This document shows, one piece after another, positions 8,845 to 20,500 of a stretch of DNA of 64,000 nt. The DNA is from a virus (lineage: Duplodnaviria > Caudoviricetes), in IMG/VR virus record IMGVR_UViG_3300012940_000024, positions 1-64,000 of that record; one strand, written 5' to 3'. How positions within the stretch are numbered: the stretch's first letter is position 1; the number at the start of each line of letters is the position of its first letter. Below the pieces are notes generated by a model. It made no database searches and had not been told where the DNA came from. It was given only the letters and a program-made list of their open reading frames with translations. The position numbers were made by a program, and so were the translations under genes.

Positions 8845-9378
8845 CTATGAAGTCCAAGTAATTGAATCAATTTCCTCAATGGAGGTTGCACTTTCAACTT
8901 CTGCTTTTAACATCCAATATTTTGCAATATTACCACGTTTAACTTGTTCTGCTTTTTTACAAACACCAAAAAATTCTTCTCTAGATAAAGTTACAATACC
9001 ATTATTTAATGTTTTCCATGTAAGGCTTTGTGTTTCTGTGTCAAAAGATAGTAAGGCTAATGCTTGTGTAAAATTATCTTGATCATGAGGTTCAAATTCA
9101 TAATAATTTCCATTGTACTCAAAACCTTTTTCAATTTCTTCTTTGCATTGTCTGTTTAAATCTTCAATTTTCTGTTCTTTATATCTATTTAAAAGATCGT
9201 TGGATGTATTTTTTTCTTCCCATTGTCGAGTATGAAAATTATAAATAGGATCGAAAAATCCTTGCCCCCAACCTTCTACAAAATTGTATGGAATAGTATC
9301 TAATTGATCATCTAAAACATGTACTTCAATAATTTCTCCTGTTGATTCATCTACTTCATAAAACTCTTTTAATGCCAT
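8845..9378 (-). CDS. Tail fibre assembly protein (DUF4376-like C-terminus)
   Basis: KIEDLNRQCKEEIEKGFEY...TWKTLNNGIVTL...KAEVESATSIEEIDSITW; follows the tail fibre gene. Confidence 0.7.
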   Translation of the reverse strand: MALKEFYEVDESTGEIIEVHVLDDQLDTIPYNFVEGWGQGFFDPIYNFHTRQWEEKNTSNDLLNRYKEQKIEDLNRQCKEEIEKGFEYNGNYYEFEPHDQDNFTQALALLSFDTETQSLTWKTLNNGIVTLSREEFFGVCKKAEQVKRGNIAKYWMLKAEVESATSIEEIDSITWTS

Positions 9379-9402
9379 ATTTTATACTCCTTATATATTT
9401 TT

Positions 9403-10425
9403 TTATACTGCTTTGAAAGTAATTCCAGCAAATGATAACCATGTTGGATTTGCATTATAAATAATAACGTCACCTGATATGGAAACATCCACACGACAAA
9501 CATTTTGTGGTGAAGTATGAGTTGCAAAAACTAAATTCGCAGGAGGTCTATATCCTGCTGGTAGTGTAAATACAACTGTACCATTTGTTGTTGTACCTGA
9601 TTGAACTAATCCTTCAATATGAACAACACCATATTTATCTTTCCAATAGCATGTAGGAACAAATCCAGCAAAATTTAACCAACTATTTTTTAATGATGCA
9701 TTTATTCGATCTTCAGTTCCTATACTACCACCAATAGTTAATGATCCTGTTACATTTAAATTTGTAAAGGCAGGTGAATTGATTGTATTAACAAAACCAT
9801 TTTCATCAATTGTTAAATTTCCTGTTGTTTTCACACTTAAATATTCATTATTAATTTGTAACCCATCACCTACACGAACAATACCAGTAGTAGTTGTGCT
9901 TGCTACAGGAGGGGAAGAAGCATTTGCTATTTGATCTAAAATGGCATCTGTTAATTTGATTTCATTTGTTCCTGTATTTACTTCTAATCCTGTACCTGTT
10001 TTAACAAACAAATAATCTCCACTCATACCTAATCCATAGCCAACTTGTACAATTCCAGCTTGTGAAGCACTTGCAACTTTAGCAGAAAGAGTACCATTTC
10101 CATCAATAGTTAATCCTGCTCCTACTTTAATTGCTCCAAGTTCAGAAGTAGTTGCAATTGGCAAAGTTGAAATTTTACTATCTAAAGCTGTTTGTAATCC
10201 TTCAATTTCTGCTATAGAATGTTCATGGGAAGATGGAGGAAAAGATGTAGGTATATTTGTAATTTCTGTCCAATCTACACTTCCACCTGTTCCTGTGCCG
10301 ATTTTATTATCTAAAGCAATTAAAGCTGATTCTATGAGATCCATGTTATCCCCGACAAATAATCGAAAATCGGCAGGATCAGTATCTTCCGGCTTGTGTA
10401 ATCCATATACATCTGTATCAATCAT
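9403..10425 (-). CDS. Tail fibre / receptor-binding protein
   Basis: Three A(T/S)xxxxG(I/A)(V/I)xVGxGL fibre repeats; C-terminal GVVHIEGLV...VFTLPAGYRP head domain typical of Bacillota phage RBPs. Confidence 0.75.
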   Translation of the reverse strand: MIDTDVYGLHKPEDTDPADFRLFVGDNMDLIESALIALDNKIGTGTGGSVDWTEITNIPTSFPPSSHEHSIAEIEGLQTALDSKISTLPIATTSELGAIKVGAGLTIDGNGTLSAKVASASQAGIVQVGYGLGMSGDYLFVKTGTGLEVNTGTNEIKLTDAILDQIANASSPPVASTTTTGIVRVGDGLQINNEYLSVKTTGNLTIDENGFVNTINSPAFTNLNVTGSLTIGGSIGTEDRINASLKNSWLNFAGFVPTCYWKDKYGVVHIEGLVQSGTTTNGTVVFTLPAGYRPPANLVFATHTSPQNVCRVDVSISGDVIIYNANPTWLSFAGITFKAV

Positions 10426-10437
10426 TTTACGTCACCT

Positions 10438-10809
10438 CTAATCTTGATTATAACTTGACCATGTTCCTTCTTCATTTTGACCATATACATTTATTGTATT
10501 TATTCCTTCTTGATATAACTCTGTATAATCAAGTTCAGCACTTATGATAGTTGTTGCTGGAATCGCTCTAAAATCCTTTACCGAAAGATCCTTTGCTTGA
10601 AGTACCGTATATCTATCTGATTGTGTTGCAACATATTTATCATAATCCTCAACATATTTACCAGTATTATGACTAGTTCCCATACATCTTACACTATAAG
10701 CAATAACATCTTGATCGAAAGTAAAACGAACATAAGTTCTATCAAAACCTTCTTCATCAGATAATACCGATTGATCTACTGAAAGTGCTGTTACAATTGG
10801 TTCAGCCAA
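10438..10809 (-). CDS. Beta-rich tail/baseplate-associated protein
   Basis: 123 aa; C-terminus INVYGQNEEGTWS resembles the end of 11642-12322 (VFVQSESGLWS). Confidence 0.55.
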   Translation of the reverse strand: MAEPIVTALSVDQSVLSDEEGFDRTYVRFTFDQDVIAYSVRCMGTSHNTGKYVEDYDKYVATQSDRYTVLQAKDLSVKDFRAIPATTIISAELDYTELYQEGINTINVYGQNEEGTWSSYNQD

Positions 10810-10823
10810 TAATTTTACCTCCT

Positions 10824-11162
10824 TTAAATAAAGACTGTTCTAAATGAACTTCTTTTCAATGAAGGTAATCCATTTAATTCTCCATACCATTCATAGACAT
10901 ATCTTTTTTCTTCCTCATTATCTGTCACGAAATGGTAAAAATATACACCTACATCAGTTTGATTAGAAGTACCTAGAATAACTTCATCTAATTTATTGTA
11001 TTTAGAATCATAAAACGATATTTTTACTACATCCGGATCAACTCTTATTCCGTCAAAATCTTCAAATATACACTGTAATCTTACTGTGTTTCCGGCATGA
11101 TACACTTTAGATAAATCATGCATATTATCACCTTCTTTATATTTCATTTTAGATATTGTCAA
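10824..11162 (-). CDS. BppU-like/Ig-like baseplate protein
   Basis: YHAGNTVRLQCIFEDFDG...GVYFYHF pattern. Confidence 0.5.
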   Translation of the reverse strand: MTISKMKYKEGDNMHDLSKVYHAGNTVRLQCIFEDFDGIRVDPDVVKISFYDSKYNKLDEVILGTSNQTDVGVYFYHFVTDNEEEKRYVYEWYGELNGLPSLKRSSFRTVFI

Positions 11163-11590
11163 ATTCCTTCTCTTTCCGTTGTAATCAATTTTCTTGTTGA
11201 TAGGCTTATTTGTAAATTTCTTTCAAATTCATTCAAAGTTAATAACAAGCTTTGTGTTGTTGGACTTGATATTAAAAATGTTTCTTGATAAGTGGATGTG
11301 GGATTATTAACTTCATCATATAACCGCACATTTATAGTAGTAATACCTAAAGGATAATTTGCAAAAGAAACCGTACCGGAATAAGAACGTTTATCTGCTG
11401 ATAAAGTAAATGTATAATGATGTTCATTATTTTGAGAATCAATTATTATGATTTCTTGATTTGATGATAAATTTTCATCAGCATGAATAGAAATTAATTC
11501 AGTGCTTTCTTGGGTAGTTTTATGTGGAAAATATAATGTTAGTTGCGGTGGAGTCGTATCAAGATAGACTTGAATATATGATTGCCCCAT
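11159..11590 (-). CDS. Ig-like tail-associated protein
   Basis: VYLDTTPP start, VRLYDEVNNP; paralogous N-terminus with 11642-12322. Confidence 0.55.
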   Translation of the reverse strand: MGQSYIQVYLDTTPPQLTLYFPHKTTQESTELISIHADENLSSNQEIIIIDSQNNEHHYTFTLSADKRSYSGTVSFANYPLGITTINVRLYDEVNNPTSTYQETFLISSPTTQSLLLTLNEFERNLQISLSTRKLITTEREGI

Positions 11591-11641
11591 ATTTACACCT
11601 CTTTACTGTTGAAATGAATAGGCTACATTTAGTAGCCTATT

Positions 11642-12322
11642 TTAACTTGACCATAATCCTGATTCGGATTGAACAAATACTTTGATAATTTTTTCTCCAT
11701 CTCCACTACTAGCTGTTTGTAAATCTAATCCATATATGGTAACATTTATTGGTGATATAGTTGTATCAAATGTTCCTGTTCCACTAGTGTTTACACTTCC
11801 ATTAGTCGTAGGAATTTGAACACCAGCAACTTCTTCTGCCCCAACACTATTAACAACTTTGACTCGATATTCGATAAATGTTGTATCAGCTTGGAATGTG
11901 AAGTTGACAACATTTTTATCAGTGGTTGTAGAAATTCTATCTACATCCGGTGCTGAAACAGTTACAACAGGTTTTGTTGAATCATAAGTAATTGTATCCG
12001 AAGCAATATCACTTGCATTATTTACTGAGTCTCGTATCCTTACATAAACCGTTTTAACACCGTCTGTTCCAGTAATTTTTATTTGTTTGGTTTCAGTGTA
12101 TGCGATCCATGAACTTGCTTCTTCTGTAGCTTGAATATTTGTATCATAGGTTGGATCAACATCTCCCCAAATTTTCATTGTATAATTTGTTGTATCTTCA
12201 TCACCTGTGCTAATAGTACAGTCAACTAACACATTTGTAGCAAATGCACTTCCATTATCTAATAATATGGAAGGAGTAGATGGTGCTGTAGTATCAAGAT
12301 AGACAGTAATATAATTAGCCAA
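11642..12322 (-). CDS. Ig-like tail-associated protein
   Basis: VYLDTTAP...DGVKTVYVRIRDSVNN...YDSTKP two-domain Ig-like pattern. Confidence 0.6.
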   Translation of the reverse strand: MANYITVYLDTTAPSTPSILLDNGSAFATNVLVDCTISTGDEDTTNYTMKIWGDVDPTYDTNIQATEEASSWIAYTETKQIKITGTDGVKTVYVRIRDSVNNASDIASDTITYDSTKPVVTVSAPDVDRISTTTDKNVVNFTFQADTTFIEYRVKVVNSVGAEEVAGVQIPTTNGSVNTSGTGTFDTTISPINVTIYGLDLQTASSGDGEKIIKVFVQSESGLWSS

Positions 12323-12335
12323 TCAAATCACATCC

Positions 12336-13487
12336 TTAAATTAATTGTTTTAACATATGCTCTCTTGTAGCACTTCCAAAAACACCGTCAACAGTTAAAC
12401 CATAATACATAGATTGATAACGAATTAATGCATTTTTTGTATTAATGCCGAATATACCATCTGCATAGCCAACGTTAAATTTTAATTTATTTAAAGCGTT
12501 TTGTAATTTTTTTACATCTTCACCAGTATCACCCATTTTTAATACTTTGTTAGGAAGAATATCTTCATGATTTTTTGGTGGTGTCCACGTATTATTTATC
12601 GGAATATTCAAAATATTTCCAATCTGCAATAAGGAGTCAACATTTGGATTTAACTTTTTAATCTCTTCAATCGAAACGTCAAATTTTCTAGAAATTCCCC
12701 AAAGAGTATCACCTTGTTGAATTTGATATGGAGTAATATTCGATTCTTTAATTTTTAACACTGTTCCTATATGCAAGACATTTAAATTCTTGTCCATATT
12801 TAATTTCTTTAATTCATCAACCGTCATATTGAATTGATTAGCAATGCCCCAAAGTGTATCTCCACTCTTCACTGTATAAAATGCTCCATTTTCTAGAGAA
12901 TTATTAGTATTATTATTTACAGTTTTTTCTTGCATATAATTTGCCACATCATTTTTAAATCGTTTATATTCATTTGGATTTTCTACAAAATATCTATGAC
13001 AATCTTTCCAACCTACTACTTCTTGATGTAACCAAATATCATTTGTGGATAAATTATATTTTTTCAATAGATAGGCTACTAATTTTGCTCCTTCTCTCCA
13101 AGTTGCTTCATTCATTCTTCCACGATCATCTATAATACAAAATTCAATTCCTAGAGTACAATTATTCGGATAACTACCTAGCCTTTTTTTAGCATCAGTT
13201 GTATAAGTGGAACTCCCCACATGATAAGCCAATTCATTATCAGGAATACAATTCCAAATTGTTCCATCAAGATCAACAATATAATGAGCAGATCCATATC
13301 CAGTTTTTCCACTCTTTCTATTCTCAAAATAATTCCAAACTCCTTGATTTCTTCCTTTTGGTGAAGCTGTCCAATGAACAATAATTCCTTTTACTTTTAC
13401 AATCTTTTCCTGTGGTCTTGAATAAGGGTTTGGAGTCAACAATTTTTTTACAATATTTACATTTACCATGAATTTCCTCCTAAGCAA
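12336..13487 (-). CDS. Endolysin: N-acetylmuramoyl-L-alanine amidase (Amidase_2) + 2 LysM + PG_binding_1 (true start probably 13469)
   Basis: IIVHWTA, SAHYIVD, AYHVG, LGIEFC, WLHQEVVGWKDCH; two YTV/YQI..GDTLWGI LysM; GDTGEDVKKLQNAL...DGIFG..T; RBS AGGAGG before ATG 13469. Confidence 0.9.
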   Translation of the reverse strand: MLRRKFMVNVNIVKKLLTPNPYSRPQEKIVKVKGIIVHWTASPKGRNQGVWNYFENRKSGKTGYGSAHYIVDLDGTIWNCIPDNELAYHVGSSTYTTDAKKRLGSYPNNCTLGIEFCIIDDRGRMNEATWREGAKLVAYLLKKYNLSTNDIWLHQEVVGWKDCHRYFVENPNEYKRFKNDVANYMQEKTVNNNTNNSLENGAFYTVKSGDTLWGIANQFNMTVDELKKLNMDKNLNVLHIGTVLKIKESNITPYQIQQGDTLWGISRKFDVSIEEIKKLNPNVDSLLQIGNILNIPINNTWTPPKNHEDILPNKVLKMGDTGEDVKKLQNALNKLKFNVGYADGIFGINTKNALIRYQSMYYGLTVDGVFGSATREHMLKQLI

Positions 13488-13501
13488 TATTTAGTTATTT
13501 G
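13482..13501 (-). promoter_or_regulatory. Late-gene junction motif copy 1
   Basis: CAAATAACTAAATATTGCTT directly before the endolysin RBS. Confidence 0.65.
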
Positions 13502-14006
13502 ATTTTAAATTATAATTATCAGTATGACATTTACCTCTAGTTTCACAAAGATTATTTAAGAAGTTGTATAATTGATTCGGTGTAAGATCCTGTACTTTTT
13601 CATGGGGAGATATAAAACCAATTGCTAATAAAATTTGACTAATCAATTCACTACAAATTAAGTTGTTTGGATTATTTAAAAAGTTCCTACCTTTTAATCG
13701 AAAGATTTTTTTCAACACATAATAGAACAATTGAAGATAGTCATACCAAATTCCAGTTAAGGAAAGTCCGACTTGAATAGTTTTTCTTTTCTGTTCTTCA
13801 TCCAATCCTAAATCAATCACTTCAATCTCTTTTCTACCGTAATAAAATGGTTTAATGGCTACTCGTCTAAAATATTGTGCTTCTAATATATGAGTATCCG
13901 ATATGGCAATACAAACATGTGAAAATTTTCCGGCATCAAAAAAGCGAATAATTTTTGAGATAATGGATGTTCCTCTTACAAAAATAATATCTCCGGCTTT
14001 AATCAT
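13491..14006 (-). CDS. Permuted papain-like amidase (YiiX/YebB-like NlpC/P60)
   Basis: GDIIF...FSHVCIAI His precedes YDY...LICSELI Cys (permuted order). Confidence 0.8.
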   Translation of the reverse strand: MIKAGDIIFVRGTSIISKIIRFFDAGKFSHVCIAISDTHILEAQYFRRVAIKPFYYGRKEIEVIDLGLDEEQKRKTIQVGLSLTGIWYDYLQLFYYVLKKIFRLKGRNFLNNPNNLICSELISQILLAIGFISPHEKVQDLTPNQLYNFLNNLCETRGKCHTDNYNLKSNN

Positions 14007-14025
14007 CTATTCACCTACTTTAAAC

Positions 14026-14068
14026 AAAAAGGGTTACAAGAATAGTTTTTCCTTGCAACCCTTTTTTT
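14026..14068. terminator. Probable bidirectional terminator
   Basis: AAAAAGGGTTACAAG...CTTGCAACCCTTTTTTT hairpin. Confidence 0.6.
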
Positions 14069-14073
14069 ATGAT

Positions 14074-14487
14074 TTAAAATTCAATTCTTGCAATATCGGC
14101 TCTTGTTGGATTTTCTTCTTTTGTCTTGTTCCATCTTTCTAAATATTCAATCTTTTCTTGATTGTAAGCCGTTCGATCCATATTTTTTAGATCTGCTCTT
14201 TTATTCCAAAGAAGATCTCTCATAATTTTTCTATCATTGATTTCATTAAATCTCATGACCGTTTCTTCATATTCAATTTCTTCATATTCACTTACCGGAA
14301 TATTTGTATTTAATCCAATAATTAAATTACAATTTGAACATTGAAACATTAAATTTTCATATTCGTTAAAATGTTCATGGATTTTTATTTCTTCTATAGA
14401 AGATAAATCTTCTTCTAAAATATTTCCACAAGTACATTCGATTGTCAAAATATCATTTTCTGAATCATATTTGACCAATCTTCTCAT
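14074..14487 (-). CDS. Zn-binding hypothetical protein after the giant tail gene
   Basis: CTCG and CSNC pairs; RBS AAGGAG. Confidence 0.7.
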   Translation of the reverse strand: MRRLVKYDSENDILTIECTCGNILEEDLSSIEEIKIHEHFNEYENLMFQCSNCNLIIGLNTNIPVSEYEEIEYEETVMRFNEINDRKIMRDLLWNKRADLKNMDRTAYNQEKIEYLERWNKTKEENPTRADIARIEF

Positions 14488-14500
14488 ATTTATTCTCCTT

Positions 14501-17500
14501 TTAGCAATTGTAATAACCTCTCCAATATCTATAACCTACATCTGTCCAAGATTCTTGAATGTAGATCCAAAATCCATATTGTGAAATTTCTGCAAATTTG
14601 ATATTTGTATTACTGCTTGTAACACTAAAATTAGGATTCAGTGGTGTATAACCATATTTTTTCATATTAAAATTCACATATGTTCCAGCAACTAGCCCTG
14701 TTGTAAGGGAATTAACTCCACCTATACCACAAACACCTTTTTCTTTTTTGGATGTATACCATCCACTTTCTCCATCATCAGGAGTAGAACCTGCATTATA
14801 ATGTGTGCCTGAATCATATCCTAAATATAATCTTGAACTCATTTCAATACTAACATTAATTTGAGAAGCAATTTTTAATGAATCAGTATTGTTGCTTTTT
14901 TCAATATAATGTGAAGGATATGCTCCTTGAACTTCATCCCAATAATCAAAGAAGTTCAACCTTGCTGTAGTTTTTCCTTCCACGTTATAACGTAATGAAA
15001 GTTCAGCACCTACTTTAACATCTTTTTCAACATCAATAGAAATACCTTCTAATGTACCTGTTTTAATAGCACTTGCATCTAAATTAGTTACATATATTTG
15101 ACTAGCATCAAGTGTACCAGTAGTCATTAAAGAAGCATTTAATTCACCTGTTTTGATATATGTGGCATTGATATATAAATCACCATATTGATCAGCATAG
15201 AAACCGTTAATTTTTGGATTAGTAACTAATTCGTTGAAAGTATTATTTGCATCTGTAGGAGGTTTTTCACCCAAAAGTTCTAAATAAGTTGGTGTCCATG
15301 TACTAGGTCTTGCTCCCACTTCCGAAGCTGTAGGAAACCAGTCATTCGGTCTTGCTCCAACTTCTTCTGCTGTATATGTTGGCTTATCTACATTTTCCCA
15401 TAAGATAGATCCTCCATACATTTGAACATTTCCTCTTATAGTTACGTTGCCTTGTAAATCTACTGAGAAAGTAATAGTTCCATCATCATCAATTACTTCT
15501 AATCCTCTAATATCAATGTTATCTGCGTGAATATTACCAGTTACAACATCAAAATTATCAAAATTAATCTGTCCAGTATGAGCATTAATTAATTCTCTAC
15601 CACTACCATCATTGACAACTAAACGATTGGCAATTAAATCCTCTGCAAATAATGTACCTTCTTCATCTGCATAAAGAATATCTTCATATCGATCCTCAAT
15701 TTTCTTTTGTAGTCTAAATCCTTCCTCATTCAGAACTACACGCTGAGTTTGATAATTGTTTTCAGAAATGATACCATTTAAAGGATCAATAGTTACATTA
15801 CTATAGGATTGTCCTTGACGAATAGCAGTAATTACATCCCCACTAATTTTTGCAGTATTGTTATAGTTTACTGTACCCATGATACTACCATCATAAGGAG
15901 TGTTGTCTTTTGGATTATAAGGTGTTGAAACTGCAACAATTGGTGAAGTAAAGACAGATTCAATATTTACATCAATGTTTACATAGCGATAGGCTTCAAT
16001 ACCAAAATTGTAGAATAAATCTTTCGGTAAATTATTTAGCACTATCGAACGTTTATTCGGTCTTACATAAAAAGATATTTCAGATTTTTTCTTAGTTCCA
16101 AAGACATATGGTGTAGAAGTTTTGGAAGTATAGAGATATATCATAAAACCATCAATTTGATTTTCGGGTTCATCTTCTTCTGGATAATCCCAATTAAAAG
16201 AAATATCTACTAAATCTACCGCAACTTCTGTATGCCGAATATGATTTCCATCTTCAACAATAATTGGACTATTTGGAATCGTGTCATTCTCATTATTTTC
16301 TTCATAGGTGTCAATATAATGTGAAGTCAATCCACTTATATCAGCATCCAAAATAACGTCATCAGACAAATGTTCATTCGTGATACCGCCAATGATTCTT
16401 AATCCTTGACCTTCAATTGTTACACCTTCACTATCCACTCTAAAGTTTCCGGCAGTATTTTCAATGATCAAATTTTCTCCGGCAATAATTTGTCCAATTA
16501 ATCTCTCAGCAATTACACCCTCTGTTGTTATAGCGTTTTTATAGGTTTTACCACCATCATTAGTAATTGCTAATACAGATGAATTTGCTACAAGATAATT
16601 CATAGGATCTACGTCACTCTTGATTAGCAATCCTCTACGAGATATTTCAATAGACTCATTTGTTCCTGCAATAATTTTTTGTTTTGTGGCATCAAAAGCT
16701 TGATTAACAAAGGAATCAAAATCTTCTTTTACCTCAATCGCTTTTGACCATGCATGTTTCTCTAATGATACGGTAGTAGAAGTGCTAACCGCACCATATA
16801 AAGCTTGAATAAATTTTTCTTCATTAGTTTTTATATCATTTACATTAGATATAGTTAATGTAATTGTTTTTTCATTAAAGTTATAATCAATTTGGATTAT
16901 TTTAGCTTCAATTTCAATATCGAATTTATCATATAGAACATATACTAATGTTCCTATATCCAACTTATCCCAATTGTAATGTTCCTCAACTAATTCAAGG
17001 AAATTGACTATATCTATTTCAATGGTGACAGTTGGCTTTTTCATTTCTTTAAATTTTTCTAAAGCACGATTTTTTAAATCTTCCGGATTATTAATTGTTT
17101 CATCAATATATTCTTTAGTTATGACAAATAAATCTCTTTCTTTTCTTAACTCAGGTGTAAAGTTGTTGTAAATAGATAGTTGACTTCTTAGATTTTCTAT
17201 TTCAATATCTATGTTAGCTATTTCATTCTTTTTTGCTTCAACTAAAGCAGTTTGTTCGTCAAAAGCAATTTGATGAATTTCTTCAATAAATTTTTGAATA
17301 AGTGTTTCTTCATTTCCAGTTTCATCAAATTCTGATTTCAATATTCTTGTTACTTGAAGTTCAATATCTGCGTATTCACCACCGACCAATAATACGCTAT
17401 AATCGTAAAGATCAATAGATGATTCTACAGTATCTTCACCTTCACGATCATAATCAATTTTTTCTATTAATTCCCATTCGTTTTCTTTTGTAAATTCTTT

Positions 17501-20500
17501 TACTCCACTATTTGTAGCAATGGAAATAGTCATATCAGATGTTTTTGCGAATAAAGCATAAGTGTAATCTTTTTTGAGTTTATACACTTCATGTCTAGGC
17601 TGTCCAACATAAGGAATCATTGTATAAAATACTGATCCTTCTGCTCTCAAAGCATCAAGTAAATCTTGTACCACAATTAAATTTATTTCGCGTTCGGTTA
17701 ATTCATATTCTAAATCAACTAATTCCTCATTTAATTGTGATCTTGTTAAAATTAATTCTTGATACTCTCCATCATGCTCTTCTAATAATCGGTTATAATT
17801 TAGAATTGCTTTACACAATTCATCAGACATATATGGCGAATGACTTATTACACTCAGCGTTGTAATATTTGATAATGGAGAAATAATGTAACTCAATGTT
17901 TCACTAGTAATAGATGAAAGAAGTTCTTCGATATTTGAAATAAAGCCATAATTTAAATTAGGATTTTCTGATTCAATTTGATAGTTATAAATCGTTTGTT
18001 TTAAATTATCTATATAATCTTCATTTTCTAATGCGTTTTCTAATTCAAATAGCAATCCTGTATTCAATAATGGCTTAGAATTGTCTCCATCAACACCGCC
18101 AATACCTTCAAAACTGTACCGATTATAAAATACGATTTCATTATTGGAAGTAAAATGAGATTCAGACATTAAGGTTAATATGTTATTTCTAAAATCTCTA
18201 GCTGGTTCATTTAATCCAATTGCAGTATAACCCAAAGTGGTTTTTAAAATGTTTTCTGTTTTAAACCAATGATCACCATAGTCATCTAAAATGTTGTCAT
18301 AATTTCTAGGCACTGGTACTAAAGGATAACCGATCCCTTGCTGAATATCTTCTAATGGAAGTAATTCTCCACCAAATTCAGCTAAATAATCTGCATTATG
18401 AATGAATTTATCGTCACTTTTCAATGCAGATGTGTATTTTTGAGTATCAATATAAAATTCTTCTGCAAATTCAGTTTCTAAATCGGTAAATTGTGGAGGG
18501 ATATTATCTGCAAATGCTGGCTCTAATCCCATGTCATATTTACCTTCTGTATCCATTACAAGACCATTAACAACACCATAACCTTGTGCTATCGTTACTT
18601 TTCTTAATCGGTAATTATCTTGCCATGATGGATCAATATAATCTGATCTTCTATTGGCAATTCTTTCTAATTTCATCACTTCTAATTCTTTGATAGTTTT
18701 TCCAGTTTTATTTACGTTTGTCCACCATGTATTAATTTCACCGATTAGATCATAAGTAACTCCATCCACTTTGGGATTCATAGATCCACTCTGAACAGCA
18801 ATATCGAAACACAAAGCATAACCTTGTCTTGACCATAATCCCAATTGATTAAACCATTGTTTTACTATTGTGTGATACCAACTAGCATATTCTTGTTGCA
18901 TGGCAATAGATTCATTTGTAGTACCTAAATTCATGAAATAGGTATTCCAAGGTTCTATCAAGGCATGTTTTCCTTTGCTGGTATCAGATCTTGCATCAGC
19001 CCATTCTAAGATCTCTTGAAAATCTCCCCGAAGCATCATAGCTTTCCAATTGTTGTGATTCGCTACATTAGATTCATATGTTCTATTTGGATTATCTGTA
19101 AAGGCTTTTAATGTTACATCAGGATAAAAATTAATCATGTTTTGCCATTGCTCGATTAATGAGGATGTTTTTGCGTTAAATTGGATTACCCCAAAACTAA
19201 TTCCAGCACCATCATGATTACCCGAAGTTGTACCAAAATTGTATGGATATTCTCTTGATGTTTCATACTGTGAAGTGAGCATTAACGCTTGCCATTTTAA
19301 TTCTGATTCAGTTAAAAGATGATAGCTATATGTTTCCGAAGGTGAAGAAATTTTTGGAACAACAAGCACTTGTCCAATATAAATCATATCAATATTAATT
19401 TGTGGGTTTAATTCCGAAATTTTAGCAATAGTCGTGTTATGAGCAGTTGCAATTGCTCCTACGGTATCACCACTTTTAACCGTATATAATTCTGTTGGTT
19501 CACTTGTTGGATGGCTAGGAACTTTAATTTTTTGACCAATTGTTAAAGCAACACTAGGATCTAATGTTGGATTAGCATTGTCTAAAAATGTGATAGTTGT
19601 TGTAAAAGTTACAGCAACAGATGAAATGGTATCTCCACTTTTTACTGTGTATACTTCTAAAGGTACTGGTATCAATATCTGTAATCCCACATATAAATTT
19701 TCTGGACTAACAGATGGGTTAACAGCCTGTATTCTTGCAGATGTTGTACCAAATTGTGTAGCTAGTTTTGAAAAAGTATCACCTGAGACAATAGTATAAG
19801 TCATGTTATATTCGATTAATGGTACAGTAATTACAAGACCTTCATAGACATTCAAAGGATTGATTGTAGGATTTAACTCTTGTATATGAGTTGATGTTGT
19901 ATCGAATTTAATAGCAATAGATGAAAAAGTTTCTCCACTTTTTACTGTGTAATTTCTTGTTAATTCAGTAGGTTCTTCCACTCTAGGTACATAAATTTGT
20001 TGACCACCATAAATGTTATATTCTTCAATCATTGGATTCAAAGCTAATAAAGTGGCAGATGTTGTATTAAATTTAATAGCAATTGATGATAACGTTTCAC
20101 CTTCAATTACTGTATATACATCTGTATTTTCCGGCTGTGGTACTTGATAAATAAAATTATGTGTTACTACTGATGATTCGAGTGTTCCATCACTAGCCTT
20201 CAATCTTAAATACACCATTGTATTAATTGTGTTAAAATCTAAAGAATCTAATCGAACTGTTGCCAAACTACCGGAATTTACAAATTCTGATTCTTTTTGC
20301 TCTACAAAACCTGAGAAGTTAGAAGATAAGCTTGCTTCAACAATTAATTTGACGGTACTTGAATCAGGATCATATACTTTTGCAGAAATTAATAAATCAT
20401 TGGCATATGTTCCTAAAGTTGGAGTGATTTCATCAGGTTCATAAGGTGCTTGTGCTTCAATAGTTGGTACATAAATTTGTTGACCGACATATAGATTTTC

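Noticed and set aside
8648-8857. 69-aa minus-strand ORF
   Set aside because: TTG start inside the upstream gene with no RBS; ends within a palindromic element; not supportable as a gene
9403-14600. Diversity-generating retroelement or invertible tail-fibre cassette
   Set aside because: No reverse transcriptase, no template/variable repeat pair, and no duplicated fibre C-termini flanked by inverted repeats seen
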